From assembly GCA_049519175.1 (NCBI GenBank), contig JBEKQZ010000001.1:17021-81020 (forward strand): a stretch of 64,000 nucleotides of DNA, read 5' to 3'. Shown piece by piece: positions 9,421 to 20,818 of this stretch. The translations under genes and the position numbers were made by a program. The stretch comes from Candidatus Levyibacteriota bacterium (GTDB lineage: Bacteria; Patescibacteriota; Microgenomatia; Levybacterales; UBA12049). The first letter of the stretch is position 1. Each line of letters opens with the position of its first letter. The notes under the pieces are model-generated. The model did no database searches, was not told the DNA's origin, and was given only the letters and a program-made list of their open reading frames with translations.

Positions 9421-11088
9421 ATGCCTAAAGATCTTTTCAAAAGGGGTCTTAGCCTTCTTTTTAAACGTCAAAATAATATTTTATCCGCCGCCTTTGTCAT
9501 AATGGCAACGATTATTTTTTCACAGGTGTTGGGGCTAATTGGACAAAGGTTGTTGGTTTCTATTTTCGGCGCCTCAAACACCTTAGGTATTTTCCTCGCT
9601 TCTACCAGGCTACCGGATTTTTTATTCCAGATTTTAATTGCCGGGGCACTGGCTTCTGCCTTTATCCCGGTTTTTTCGGAGTATATCGTTAAGGGCAAAG
9701 AACAGGAAGGTCATCAAGTCGCTTCAACTCTGCTTTTTTTAAGTTTGGGAATTTTTGCTTTTTTTTCACTCATCCTTTTTATTTTCGCCAAACAACTCTC
9801 CACCTTGATGGCGCCCGGTTTTTCCAACGCCGAGTTGGATTTATTAACCAATCTAACCAGGATTGTTATTTTTGGAGAAATACTGTTTATTATCGGTAGC
9901 TTTTTGTCGGCAATTTTGCAATCTTATAACCGCTTTTTTATTCCCGGTTTTGCGGCTGCCCTTTATAACCTTGGAATTATCATCGGTATCCTGTTGTTTT
10001 CCTCTTTCTTGGGAATTTATGCCGCCGCCTACGGCGTGGTGATTGGCGCTTTGCTGTTTGTTCTGGCGCAAATTCCACTGGCTCACAAAATGGGTTTTTC
10101 CTTTAAGCCTTCGCTTTCTCTAGAATCAATTAAATCTTCGGGAGTATTGAGTGTTTTAAAGTTAATTTGGCCACGCACAATTTCCATCGCCGTTTTTCAG
10201 CTCGGAACAATTATTACCGTCACCATTGTTTCCTTTCTGCAAGACCCGGGCAGAAATTATGTCATTTTTGATTACGCCCAAACCTTGGCTTTTGCCCCGG
10301 TCGCTTTGTTTGGTCAGGCAATAGCCCAAGCCGCTTTCCCGGTTTTGTCAAAAGAAAAAGACCGACTCGAAGATTTTAAGGTGACTTTTATCACCAGTTT
10401 TAACCAAATGCTTTATTTGGTTTTGCCGATTTCGGTTTTGCTGTTGGTTTTAAGAATTCCTATCGTCAGGCTTATTTTCGGTGCCGGGCAATTTGACTGG
10501 GCGGCGACCGTTTTAACCGGCCGGACGCTGGCTTTTTTCAGCGTTTCAATTTTTGCCCAAGCCTTAGTTTATTTGGTTGCCAGAGGTTTTTACGCTTTGC
10601 ACGATACCCGGACGCCTCTAATTATCGGCGCGGTCACAACGGTACTAATGGTAGCAATGGCAGCTTGTTTTATCTTTTTTTACCACGCCGGAGTGGAAAG
10701 TATCGCCATTGCTTATTCGGTAGCGTCAATTCTAAATTTCCTCGTTTTGTTCATTTTTCTAGACAGGAAAGTTGGCGGTTTTGCTAAACTTTCTCTTTTA
10801 AAGACAGTGACAAAAATTTTCGTAGCCACTTTTTTTACCGCTTTTGCACTGTATGTCCCGATAAAACTTTTAGACCAGTTGGTTTTCGATACCACCAAAA
10901 CTATCAATCTAATTTTACTGACCGGAATTTCCAGTAGCATCGGATTGCTGTTATACCTTTTCTTAACTTGGCTGTTTGACGTCAAAGAGGCAACGATGTT
11001 TATCATGCTGTTCAAAAAACTGGGAGATTGGAGACAAATTTTACAAGGCAGTGAAGAGACAATTGACGCGACCCAATTTAATCCCTAA
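9421..11088 (+). CDS. murJ: Lipid II flippase MurJ (MviN)
   Basis: RLPD…GALASAFIPVF and ARGFYALHDTRTP; about 14 TM helices. Confidence 0.92.
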   Translation: MPKDLFKRGLSLLFKRQNNILSAAFVIMATIIFSQVLGLIGQRLLVSIFGASNTLGIFLASTRLPDFLFQILIAGALASAFIPVFSEYIVKGKEQEGHQVASTLLFLSLGIFAFFSLILFIFAKQLSTLMAPGFSNAELDLLTNLTRIVIFGEILFIIGSFLSAILQSYNRFFIPGFAAALYNLGIIIGILLFSSFLGIYAAAYGVVIGALLFVLAQIPLAHKMGFSFKPSLSLESIKSSGVLSVLKLIWPRTISIAVFQLGTIITVTIVSFLQDPGRNYVIFDYAQTLAFAPVALFGQAIAQAAFPVLSKEKDRLEDFKVTFITSFNQMLYLVLPISVLLLVLRIPIVRLIFGAGQFDWAATVLTGRTLAFFSVSIFAQALVYLVARGFYALHDTRTPLIIGAVTTVLMVAMAACFIFFYHAGVESIAIAYSVASILNFLVLFIFLDRKVGGFAKLSLLKTVTKIFVATFFTAFALYVPIKLLDQLVFDTTKTINLILLTGISSSIGLLLYLFLTWLFDVKEATMFIMLFKKLGDWRQILQGSEETIDATQFNP

Positions 11089-11105
11089 AATACTCTCATC
11101 ATTTT

Positions 11106-12851
11106 ATGTCTTTTAGTAACATCCGTAATTTTGCCATCATCGCTCACGTTGACCATGGAAAATCGACGTTGGCCGACCGCTTTTTGGAAATCACCAACAC
11201 AATTCAAAAGGATAAATTAAAAGAACAATTCTTGGATCAAAACCCGATTTCTAGAGAACGTGGCATCACCATTAAATTGGCACCGGTTCGGATGAAATAT
11301 GCAGTTGATGGACAGGAATATATCCTAAATTTAATTGACACTCCTGGGCACATGGATTTTTCCTACGAAGTCTCCCGGACTCTGGCGGCTTGCGAAGGAG
11401 CAATCCTTTTGGTTGATGCCACCAAGGGAATTCAGGCCCAGACGGTAGCGCATTTCAACGCGGCCAAGAAAGAAAACTTAACCATTATTCCGGCAATTAA
11501 TAAAATCGACCTTCCCACCGCCAACACGGAAGAAGTCACTAAAGATTTAATTGAGACTTTCGGGTTTAAACAGGAAGAAATTTATTATGTTTCGGCTAAA
11601 ACCGGAGAAAACACCAGACAGCTTTTGCAGGCGGTGGTGAAAAAAATTCCAGCTCCTAAAGTAAATGACAACGCGCCTCTGCGCGGCTTAGTGTTTGACG
11701 CGGTTTTCGATGAACACCGAGGCGTAGTTATTTTTACCAAATTATTTGATGGTAGTGTTAAAAAACAAGATAAACTGGAATTTATCCAGAATAAAACTAA
11801 AGTTGACGTGTCGGAAGTAGGATTTTTCTCGCCCTTTTTAATGTCCAAAGAGGAATTAACCGCCGGAGAAATCGGCTATATTGTCACCGGCTTAAAAGAT
11901 ATCCGCAGAACCCGGGTCGGAGACACAATCACAGCCCAAAATTTAAAAGGCAAAATGCAAAACTTAAATGTTCAGCCGTTGCCTGGATACGCAACGCCAA
12001 AGCCAATGGTCTTTTTTGGCGTTTACCCGCAAACTTCCAACGAATATGTTCACTTACGGGAAGCGCTGAATAAGCTATCACTCAATGACGGCTCATTAAC
12101 TATTTCCAATGAGTATTCGGCGTTTTTGGGCAGTGGCTTTCGGGTGGGATTTTTGGGACTTTTACACGCGGAAATTGTCAAAGAAAGATTAACCAAGGAA
12201 GAAGGCGTGGAGCCGATTTTAACGATGCCCAAAGTTTTATATGAAGAAAAAGATGGAAAGATGCTGGAGCCCTACATGATCTTAACGATTTTTGTTCCTG
12301 CCAGTTTTGTCGGCGCAGTGATGACAGTGGCACAAAATAAAAAAGGCACTCTTTTAGGCATCTCTTATCATAAAAACAACGCTATTTTGCAATATGAGAT
12401 GCCTTACTCGATGTTTATCCGCGGACTTTCGCCGGATTTAAAAAGCGCCACCCAAGGTTTTGCCAGTCTAGATTATGAAATCACCGGTTACAAAGAGGCG
12501 AGGTTGGTAAAAATGGACGTTCTTATTAACGGTAGCCCGATTGATGTTTTGTCAGAGCTGGTTTACGAAGATGAAATGAGTTCTGTCGCCCGCGAAAAAA
12601 CGGAAAAATTAAAAGAACATCTGCCAAAACAACAATTTAAGCAAATCATTCAGGCGGTGGTTGGGGCAAAAATCTTGGCCAGAACGGAAATTTCTCCTTA
12701 CCGCAAAGATGTGTTAGCCAAAATGTCCGGCGGAGACAGAACTCGGAAAGATAAATTACTGGAGGCGCAGAAAAAAGGAAAGAAAAAGATGGTTAATGTT
12801 TCAAAAGTACAGATTCCCCAGAAGGCATTGCTGTCGATGCTCAGAAGCTAG
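11106..12851 (+). CDS. lepA: Elongation factor 4 (LepA)
   Basis: IRNFAIIAHVDHGKSTLADR, ERGITIK, DTPGH, GFRVGFLGLLH and the LepA C-terminal domain. Confidence 0.95.
   Translation: MSFSNIRNFAIIAHVDHGKSTLADRFLEITNTIQKDKLKEQFLDQNPISRERGITIKLAPVRMKYAVDGQEYILNLIDTPGHMDFSYEVSRTLAACEGAILLVDATKGIQAQTVAHFNAAKKENLTIIPAINKIDLPTANTEEVTKDLIETFGFKQEEIYYVSAKTGENTRQLLQAVVKKIPAPKVNDNAPLRGLVFDAVFDEHRGVVIFTKLFDGSVKKQDKLEFIQNKTKVDVSEVGFFSPFLMSKEELTAGEIGYIVTGLKDIRRTRVGDTITAQNLKGKMQNLNVQPLPGYATPKPMVFFGVYPQTSNEYVHLREALNKLSLNDGSLTISNEYSAFLGSGFRVGFLGLLHAEIVKERLTKEEGVEPILTMPKVLYEEKDGKMLEPYMILTIFVPASFVGAVMTVAQNKKGTLLGISYHKNNAILQYEMPYSMFIRGLSPDLKSATQGFASLDYEITGYKEARLVKMDVLINGSPIDVLSELVYEDEMSSVAREKTEKLKEHLPKQQFKQIIQAVVGAKILARTEISPYRKDVLAKMSGGDRTRKDKLLEAQKKGKKKMVNVSKVQIPQKALLSMLRS
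11937..11971 (+). repeat. Degenerate heptamer tandem array inside lepA
   Basis: caaaatt taaaagg caaaatg caaaact taaatgt. Confidence 0.55.
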
Positions 12852-13993
12852 AGAGCGAATAAAAGAACAGCTCCGATTAGTGTGATAACAGCTCCGATAG
12901 TCCCAACTTGCACAAGATTAGTCGGACCGGTTGGCGGAAGTGGACTGACCTGCGCAATTACCGGAGTAGGTGTCGGTGTAGGCGTTGCGGTCGGAGCAGC
13001 CACAACGGTTGTAGTTCCTCCACCGGCGGTAATAGTGACAGAGCAATTAGCAGAACTACTCACGGCATTGTTGGCGTCGGTTAAGGTTGCGGTAGCAGTA
13101 TATGTGCCGGCGGTTGTATAGGAATGAGATTGTAAAACGCTGACGGAATTTGTACCTATTCCACCGGAGCCTGTAATATCTTGAGATTGACTGTCACCAA
13201 AATTAAAAGTAACTTTACTAATAGTGGAATTGCTACTTGAACCGGTAACGGTTAAATTCGTAGCCAAAGGCACTGCCCCGGAAGTGTTGTCGGCTGTCAG
13301 ACTTGAACAGGTTGGGGCGGCGCTAGACTGTGTCGAGGTCGGTGTCGGCGTTAAGGTCTCCGTAGGCGTCAACGTTTCTGTCGGCGTAGTTGTCACATTT
13401 GTGCCGGCAATTATCGTTAAAGCGGCTGGATTCGCGCTGGCCAAAACATTTTCGCTGGACTGGTCACTTGTGCCCAAAGATAAGACCTGTGTATCGTTGC
13501 CAAAGGTAATTTGAGTTGGACCAGAATCTGTCGTCGCAATCGCTTTAAAAGTAATAGTACCAATAGTCGTTGTCTGTTGCACTACTTGAGAGGGATCCCC
13601 GCCGGCAGAAAGAGTAATGGAAATTGTTCCGTTTCCGTAGGTTGGCCCCTGTAAAATATCCGGTAAAACATGCGTTGGGTTGACGGTAGTATTGGTGACG
13701 ATAAGACCCGCTCCGTCCGTTGCCAATTTTGTGCTGTCATACATGATTGTAAATTTGACGTAAGAAACCAGATTAGAGGTGGTAGCGGTAGCCGGATCAA
13801 CTTGAATGTTGAGATTGACATCGTCGCCAACGTGAATTGGCGCTTGCGATGCCGGAAGAATGCTGATCGTCGTCGCTGCCACGGCCGAGCTCTTAGTTTT
13901 TTGTTGTTGTTGGACCAAGAAGACGGTGACCGGAATTGCAACGAGCAAAACTACAATAAAGCCAATTAAAAGAATTTTCTTCATTGAAGACAT
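12848..13993 (-). CDS. Surface protein: N-terminal TM, cohesin-like domain, Thr/Pro linker, PKD domain, LPPTG plus C-terminal TM
   Basis: VGDDVNLNIQVD…MYDSTKL…IGTITFKA cohesin-like segment; FNFGD…SHSYTTAGTYTATAT PKD; LPPTG at 12926-12940. Confidence 0.75.
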   Translation of the reverse strand: MSSMKKILLIGFIVVLLVAIPVTVFLVQQQQKTKSSAVAATTISILPASQAPIHVGDDVNLNIQVDPATATTSNLVSYVKFTIMYDSTKLATDGAGLIVTNTTVNPTHVLPDILQGPTYGNGTISITLSAGGDPSQVVQQTTTIGTITFKAIATTDSGPTQITFGNDTQVLSLGTSDQSSENVLASANPAALTIIAGTNVTTTPTETLTPTETLTPTPTSTQSSAAPTCSSLTADNTSGAVPLATNLTVTGSSSNSTISKVTFNFGDSQSQDITGSGGIGTNSVSVLQSHSYTTAGTYTATATLTDANNAVSSSANCSVTITAGGGTTTVVAAPTATPTPTPTPVIAQVSPLPPTGPTNLVQVGTIGAVITLIGAVLLFAL

Positions 13994-14046
13994 AATATTA
14001 TAAGTAAATCGTATCTTACCTGATGATAAGTGTCAAGTGAAAAGTA

Positions 14047-14075
14047 TTGACACTAAATCCTATTTGATGTATAAA
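14047..14075 (+). promoter_or_regulatory. Sigma70-type promoter of groESL
   Basis: TTGACA-17 nt-TATAAA. Confidence 0.75.
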
Positions 14076-14102
14076 TGAGCAGTCACTTTAAGAGAGTGAT
14101 AT
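14076..14102 (+). promoter_or_regulatory. CIRCE-like HrcA operator upstream of groES
   Basis: TGAGCAGTC-N9-GAGTGATAT, 14/18 match to TTAGCACTC-N9-GAGTGCTAA, immediately after the -10. Confidence 0.7.
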
Positions 14103-14113
14103 TTTTTGAGCTT

Positions 14114-16089
<1,976 letters not shown>

Positions 16090-16094
16090 TCCTC

Positions 16095-16120
16095 AAAAAC
16101 CGCCAAGAGGCGGTTTGTTT
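16095..16120 (+). terminator. Intrinsic terminator after groEL
   Basis: aaaccgcc-aaga-ggcggttt-gttt. Confidence 0.75.
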
Positions 16121-16157
16121 ATCGGAATTTTTACGCTATAATTAACAATACGATTCT

Positions 16158-16988
16158 ATGAAAAAAGTATTTTACATTCTTTCCCCAGTTGTTTTAGTCG
16201 TTTTAATTTTTGCCGCGATTTTACTTTTTCTAGCACAAAACAAAGGTAAAGGTGCTTTACAAGTAACCTCTGTACCGGTGGCCAATGTTTATTTAGACGG
16301 GAAATTATTGGGACAAACTCCGCTTTGTCAGTGTGAATTAAAAGATATGTTAACGGTTGGCGATTACACTTTAAGATTAGTGCCAACTCAAGGAGGATTT
16401 GAACCGTTTGAGCAAAAAATTACCATTGCGCCAAAAGTGCTAACAGTAGTTGACCAAACTTTTGCTGGACAGGGACTAGGTAGCGGCAGCGTTATCAATC
16501 TAACTCCGCTTACGGATGCTAAAGATATGCAGCTTTCAATTGTTTCGTTTCCGGGCAACGCGCAGGTTTTTCTGGATGATAATCCGGTGGGACAAACACC
16601 GCTTCTTTTGCAAAATATTACCGAGTCGGACCATGAATTAAAACTTTCGAAAGTTGGTTATAAAGATAAAATTATCAGAATCAAAACTACGCCCGGTTAT
16701 AAACTGGAAGCCTTAGTTTTTTTAGGCATTAATCCGGACGTTGCCGCCGCCACCGCTTCTGCTGCTTCGGCTTCAGCCAATTTACCGGTGGCCAAAGTTC
16801 TCATCTTACAAACTCCGACGGGTTTTTTAAGAGTGAGAGACCAGCCGTCTTTAGGTGGAAACGAAATAACCCAGGTAAAACCGGGGGAAACTTATCAACT
16901 GCTCGACGAGCGGACGGATTGGTATCAAATAAAACTCACCAATGGGCAAACTGGTTGGATTAGCTCCGAATATGCCCAAAAACAATAG
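16158..16988 (+). CDS. Membrane-anchored protein with two PEGA domains and a bacterial SH3 domain
   Basis: LQVTSVP.ANVYLDGK..GQTP PEGA repeats; FLRVRDQPS…WYQI…GWISSEY SH3b. Confidence 0.85.
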   Translation: MKKVFYILSPVVLVVLIFAAILLFLAQNKGKGALQVTSVPVANVYLDGKLLGQTPLCQCELKDMLTVGDYTLRLVPTQGGFEPFEQKITIAPKVLTVVDQTFAGQGLGSGSVINLTPLTDAKDMQLSIVSFPGNAQVFLDDNPVGQTPLLLQNITESDHELKLSKVGYKDKIIRIKTTPGYKLEALVFLGINPDVAAATASAASASANLPVAKVLILQTPTGFLRVRDQPSLGGNEITQVKPGETYQLLDERTDWYQIKLTNGQTGWISSEYAQKQ

Positions 16989-16990
16989 GA

Positions 16991-17938
16991 TTAACTGGGG
17001 TTGATGAAGTAAACTAAAGCAATTACCAAAATAGTCCAAATTACAACAGTGACCAATAATGGTCGGTCGGATAAAAGCACTTTCTCCGGACTTTCACCCT
17101 CATTTTTTTCATAAATATCCTGTAAATAACGCATTAGCCCATAAACGACCGGAATAATAGTTATCATCAACCATTTTCTTTGGAAAAAAGCCGGCAAGAA
17201 ATCCGGCATTAAAACGCCGATTGAAAGTTTAAACCCGGTCGGATTTTCCAAAAAAGTAAACAGCGCATAAGAAATAAAAGTCGAGGTGGCAAAAATAGAA
17301 GCATAAACATCCAACAGCCTTTCGGAATAATGAGATAAAGATTGTCTGGTAGCGGCAAGATCAAAATTTTTGGTGCCCGATAAAAGGGTGAGTTCGCTTC
17401 TTCGTTTACCAATTGCCAAGAAAAGCGAAATCGAAATTGTCGTTAACAAAAGCCAGACCGAAATATGGTAACCGCTGGCAAATTCTCCGGCATAAACCCG
17501 CAAAATATAGCCGGCGGCAATTAAAAGGATGTCAATAACCGCCACACTTTTTAAGAATGAGGAGTACAAAAATTGCATGACAAGATAGACTATTACTAAA
17601 ATGAAAAACGCGGGAGTAATCACTGCTGCCACGGAAAGAGAAACTATTATCAAGAAAGCGGCGATGATGATTGCCAGAAGAACCGGAACGTCCCCGTGAG
17701 CGATTGGTCGAAATCTTTTAAACGGGTGCAGTTTATCTTTTTTCGCATCAAAAATATCATTAATGACATAAGTGGCGCTGGATAATCCGCAAAACACAAA
17801 AAAGCCCAAGATTACTTTGGGCAGAACTGTTGGATCAAAAAGCTCGCCGGTAAAAGTTATGGCGGCAAAGATAGCCAAATTTTTAATCCATTGTCTTGGC
17901 CGCAAGAGCCGAAATATGTTATATGCTAGTTTCATCAT
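16991..17938 (-). CDS. UbiA-family polyprenyl-phosphate phosphoribosyltransferase (DPPR synthase-like)
   Basis: RPRQWIKN, YVINDIFD..KD.LHP.K.FRPIA, LRVYAG, LA.GKRRSE and GESPE..LLSD. Confidence 0.8.
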   Translation of the reverse strand: MMKLAYNIFRLLRPRQWIKNLAIFAAITFTGELFDPTVLPKVILGFFVFCGLSSATYVINDIFDAKKDKLHPFKRFRPIAHGDVPVLLAIIIAAFLIIVSLSVAAVITPAFFILVIVYLVMQFLYSSFLKSVAVIDILLIAAGYILRVYAGEFASGYHISVWLLLTTISISLFLAIGKRRSELTLLSGTKNFDLAATRQSLSHYSERLLDVYASIFATSTFISYALFTFLENPTGFKLSIGVLMPDFLPAFFQRKWLMITIIPVVYGLMRYLQDIYEKNEGESPEKVLLSDRPLLVTVVIWTILVIALVYFINPS

Positions 17939-18995
17939 CGACGCGTTTTAGTAAAAATTGTAAGAAAAGTATAGTACCTCCGGCTAGAATTACCAGCATG
18001 ATAATTGCGAACAACTTTCCTTTGCTAGATAAGACTAGCGATAATGCGCCTAATATAGCAGAAATAGTCCAATAAAACAACGCAATCCGCCTTTGCCCAA
18101 AACCAAGGCTCAACAAGAGATGATGAAGATGTTTTTTGTCATGCCAAAAAGGAGATTTGCCGGATAAAATTCTTCTGGCAATTGTTATAAAACCGTCGGT
18201 CATCGGCACTCCCATTACCAAAATTGCCGTGGCCAATTTTGCGCCGGAAAGAATTGAAGCAACTGCCAAGATTAAATAAATGGCGGTTGCGCCGTAGCCG
18301 GGGAAAATTTTTGCCGGGTAAAAATTGTAGATCAAAAAACCTAAAGACGCGCCGGCAACAATAAAAGACAGCGCCGCCGCTGTGGCACTGGTTTGGTCAA
18401 GATGAGAAAAGCGAAGACTTAAGATGCCGATCACAATCGCCGAAATGGCCACAATTCCCGGCATCTGTCCGTCAACGCCTTTACTCCAATTTAACATATT
18501 CATGACCCAAACAATCCAAAGAACAGCGATTAAATCACCAGCAAAACTAATCACGGCGCCGTTAAGAAAGGGAAGTTGTAAATGACTAAAATTCAAAATC
18601 CCACCTAAAGGATTGGTAATAAAAGGAACGTTGGCGCCCATAAAAACGACGAAAACAGCGCAACAAATATTAATGACAAATCTTAAATATGGGGAAAGGT
18701 CGTATTTATCATCGACAACGCCGATTAGAAGCGAAGCGAAAGCCGCAATTAAAGTCGCAATAATTACTTTTGTCATTGGCAAAAAGAAAATACTGGCGAC
18801 TAACACTCCTATAAAAAGCGGAATTCCTCCGCCCCTCGGGATTATTTTTTCATGAATTATCGCGGGGTGCTGGTGCTTTTTAGGATCGTCAACAATATCC
18901 AGTTTTTTAAGAGCAACAAGACTTAAGGGCGTTGCGATAGCTGTGATTAGAAAAGAGAAAATTAAAGGGAAAATTGTAATATTTAAATTAAACAT
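17919..18995 (-). CDS. MraY/WecA/TagO-family polyprenyl-phosphate sugar-1-phosphate transferase
   Basis: PRGGG, GVVDDK, NFYPAKIF and DKKHLHH; about 11 TM helices. Confidence 0.85.
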   Translation of the reverse strand: MFNLNITIFPLIFSFLITAIATPLSLVALKKLDIVDDPKKHQHPAIIHEKIIPRGGGIPLFIGVLVASIFFLPMTKVIIATLIAAFASLLIGVVDDKYDLSPYLRFVINICCAVFVVFMGANVPFITNPLGGILNFSHLQLPFLNGAVISFAGDLIAVLWIVWVMNMLNWSKGVDGQMPGIVAISAIVIGILSLRFSHLDQTSATAAALSFIVAGASLGFLIYNFYPAKIFPGYGATAIYLILAVASILSGAKLATAILVMGVPMTDGFITIARRILSGKSPFWHDKKHLHHLLLSLGFGQRRIALFYWTISAILGALSLVLSSKGKLFAIIMLVILAGGTILFLQFLLKRVDDETSI

Positions 18996-19348
18996 TAACT
19001 AATTTGCAGGATGATTTTAATAATAAAAAGAAAATTCATAAATGCCAAAATAAGCGTCACTGCGGCTACCATTCTGGCGATTAACGGACTTTTATTATAA
19101 ACAATTGAGGTAAAAATAAGGTTAAAAATAAATATCAAACCAAAGATAATGGTCGGAATAAAAATTCCCGGTGTTGCCGTAAGCCGGTCATTGCCCCAGG
19201 GAAGTTGGTTAAAGATGGGAATAAATGGAGGAAGGTTATGGTAACTTAGCAATATATATACAACAGTAAAAAGTGTTAACAGAAAACTAATCAAAAACCC
19301 ACGTAGTGCCAATTTATCGGAAGCGATATTATTAATAAAGTTTTTCAT
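18995..19348 (-). CDS. Small 3-TM membrane protein (DUF1648-like)
   Basis: LPPFIPIFNQLPWG motif after TM1; translationally coupled to both neighbours. Confidence 0.55.
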   Translation of the reverse strand: MKNFINNIASDKLALRGFLISFLLTLFTVVYILLSYHNLPPFIPIFNQLPWGNDRLTATPGIFIPTIIFGLIFIFNLIFTSIVYNKSPLIARMVAAVTLILAFMNFLFIIKIILQIS

Positions 19349-20816
19349 AAATATTTACTCCCTCAATATTTATTCGCCTGTCGTATCCGGCCAGCGAAAA
19401 GGGAAACTTGGAAACATTTGGCATTACCACAATAAATTTAGGTTTCGCCGTATCCAGTCCTGCCTTCGTGTTGCTATAACCGTCTTTGTAACTGGTGATA
19501 TGATAAGCCACCGTATACTTGCCCGGAGGAAGTTTATTTGTTAGCTTATAAACTTGTGCATTATTGCCCCAAATAAATAGATTATCGGAAGTTTTGGCAG
19601 ACAGATTGATAAAGTTGGCAATTTCGTAATCGCGGGGAGTACTTTGGTCAAAGAAGCTTTCATATGCGGTAACGCTTTGCTTATTCAATATAAACGCCGC
19701 AAAATTTTGATAGTAAAAAATAGTCTTAAAATAGAAGGAAAAACTTAGTAAAACTGCGATAAACGTAGCTAACATTAGCACTCCGGCCAGTTTGGAAAAG
19801 TGTTTGTTTAACATAAAAAGTCCGATGGTCAAACAAAAAGCGGGAAGTAAAACCAAAACATAATGCGTATAAGATCTTTGCGAAAAGTAGGCATTAAAAA
19901 GTGAAAAGGAAAGCCAAAGAGTAACAAAAGCAAAAGGCAGTCCGTAAATTTTCCTTTTCCAAAAAATAAAGAGCGAGAAGCTTCCTAAAAGTATTAATTT
20001 AAAAATTAGAAACCCCTGGGGAATAATAAATTGGTTGCCGTAACTGACATAGCCGATGTTAGAAAATAGAGTGGCGGTTAAAAAATCTTTAAAGGCGTGA
20101 GTAAAAAGAAAATAACAAGCCGTAATTGTAATGGGGATAATAAAGCCAATAGTAAAAGGCGCCAGATTTTTGATTTCATTTACTAAATTCTCAACTTTAA
20201 AAATATCTAAGAACCTTTTGGAATAATTGGCAAAGAATAAAAATCCGGCAAAAGCGGCAAAATCAAAAACTGCGACGATTTTAAACAGAAAAGACAACCC
20301 CAAGACTATGCCGGCTGATAACAGTATCAAGTATCTAGTATTTAGTATTTTGGTGTCTAGAGATCGCAGGACTAAGTATCCGGCGGAAATATTCAAAAGC
20401 AACATAAAATTTTCCGCGTTGGCGATATTGCCTTCGATTAAAGGCAGACCGAATAAAATAGCAAAGAGAAGTGTTATTACGAAACTAACCTTAGGATTGG
20501 CAAATAATCTTTTGCAAAGATAATAAAAGACGATAACCGATAATAGTCCGAAGATTAAAGACAAAAGCCGAATCATAAACTGGTCTGAATTAACGAAGCT
20601 ATAGAGAAGATAAAGTAGCGGTGGTTTGTTATCAAAAATGTCGCGGTATAAAAGCCGACCGGCTCTAATTGCGATTCCCAAGGTTTGATAGACCCCTTCG
20701 TCTCCATACCAGTCGGGCTCAAAAAGCGAGGGAAGCCGCAGGATAAAGAAAACTAAAGAAGCAGCGATTAAAAACCAGATGTCCCGGCTCTTTTCCAATT
20801 TTGCCAATAATTTCAT
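19332..20816 (-). CDS. GT-C-fold membrane glycosyltransferase
   Basis: LRLP…WYGDEGVY…LYRDIFDNKPP; NAENFM; polytopic. Confidence 0.8.
   Translation of the reverse strand: MKLLAKLEKSRDIWFLIAASLVFFILRLPSLFEPDWYGDEGVYQTLGIAIRAGRLLYRDIFDNKPPLLYLLYSFVNSDQFMIRLLSLIFGLLSVIVFYYLCKRLFANPKVSFVITLLFAILFGLPLIEGNIANAENFMLLLNISAGYLVLRSLDTKILNTRYLILLSAGIVLGLSFLFKIVAVFDFAAFAGFLFFANYSKRFLDIFKVENLVNEIKNLAPFTIGFIIPITITACYFLFTHAFKDFLTATLFSNIGYVSYGNQFIIPQGFLIFKLILLGSFSLFIFWKRKIYGLPFAFVTLWLSFSLFNAYFSQRSYTHYVLVLLPAFCLTIGLFMLNKHFSKLAGVLMLATFIAVLLSFSFYFKTIFYYQNFAAFILNKQSVTAYESFFDQSTPRDYEIANFINLSAKTSDNLFIWGNNAQVYKLTNKLPPGKYTVAYHITSYKDGYSNTKAGLDTAKPKFIVVMPNVSKFPFSLAGYDRRINIEGVNIYEKLY
20323..20350. repeat. Heptamer tandem array inside the GT-C gene
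   Basis: agtatca agtatct agtattt agtattt, encoding KILNTRYLIL on the minus strand. Confidence 0.7.
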
Positions 20817-20818
20817 AA

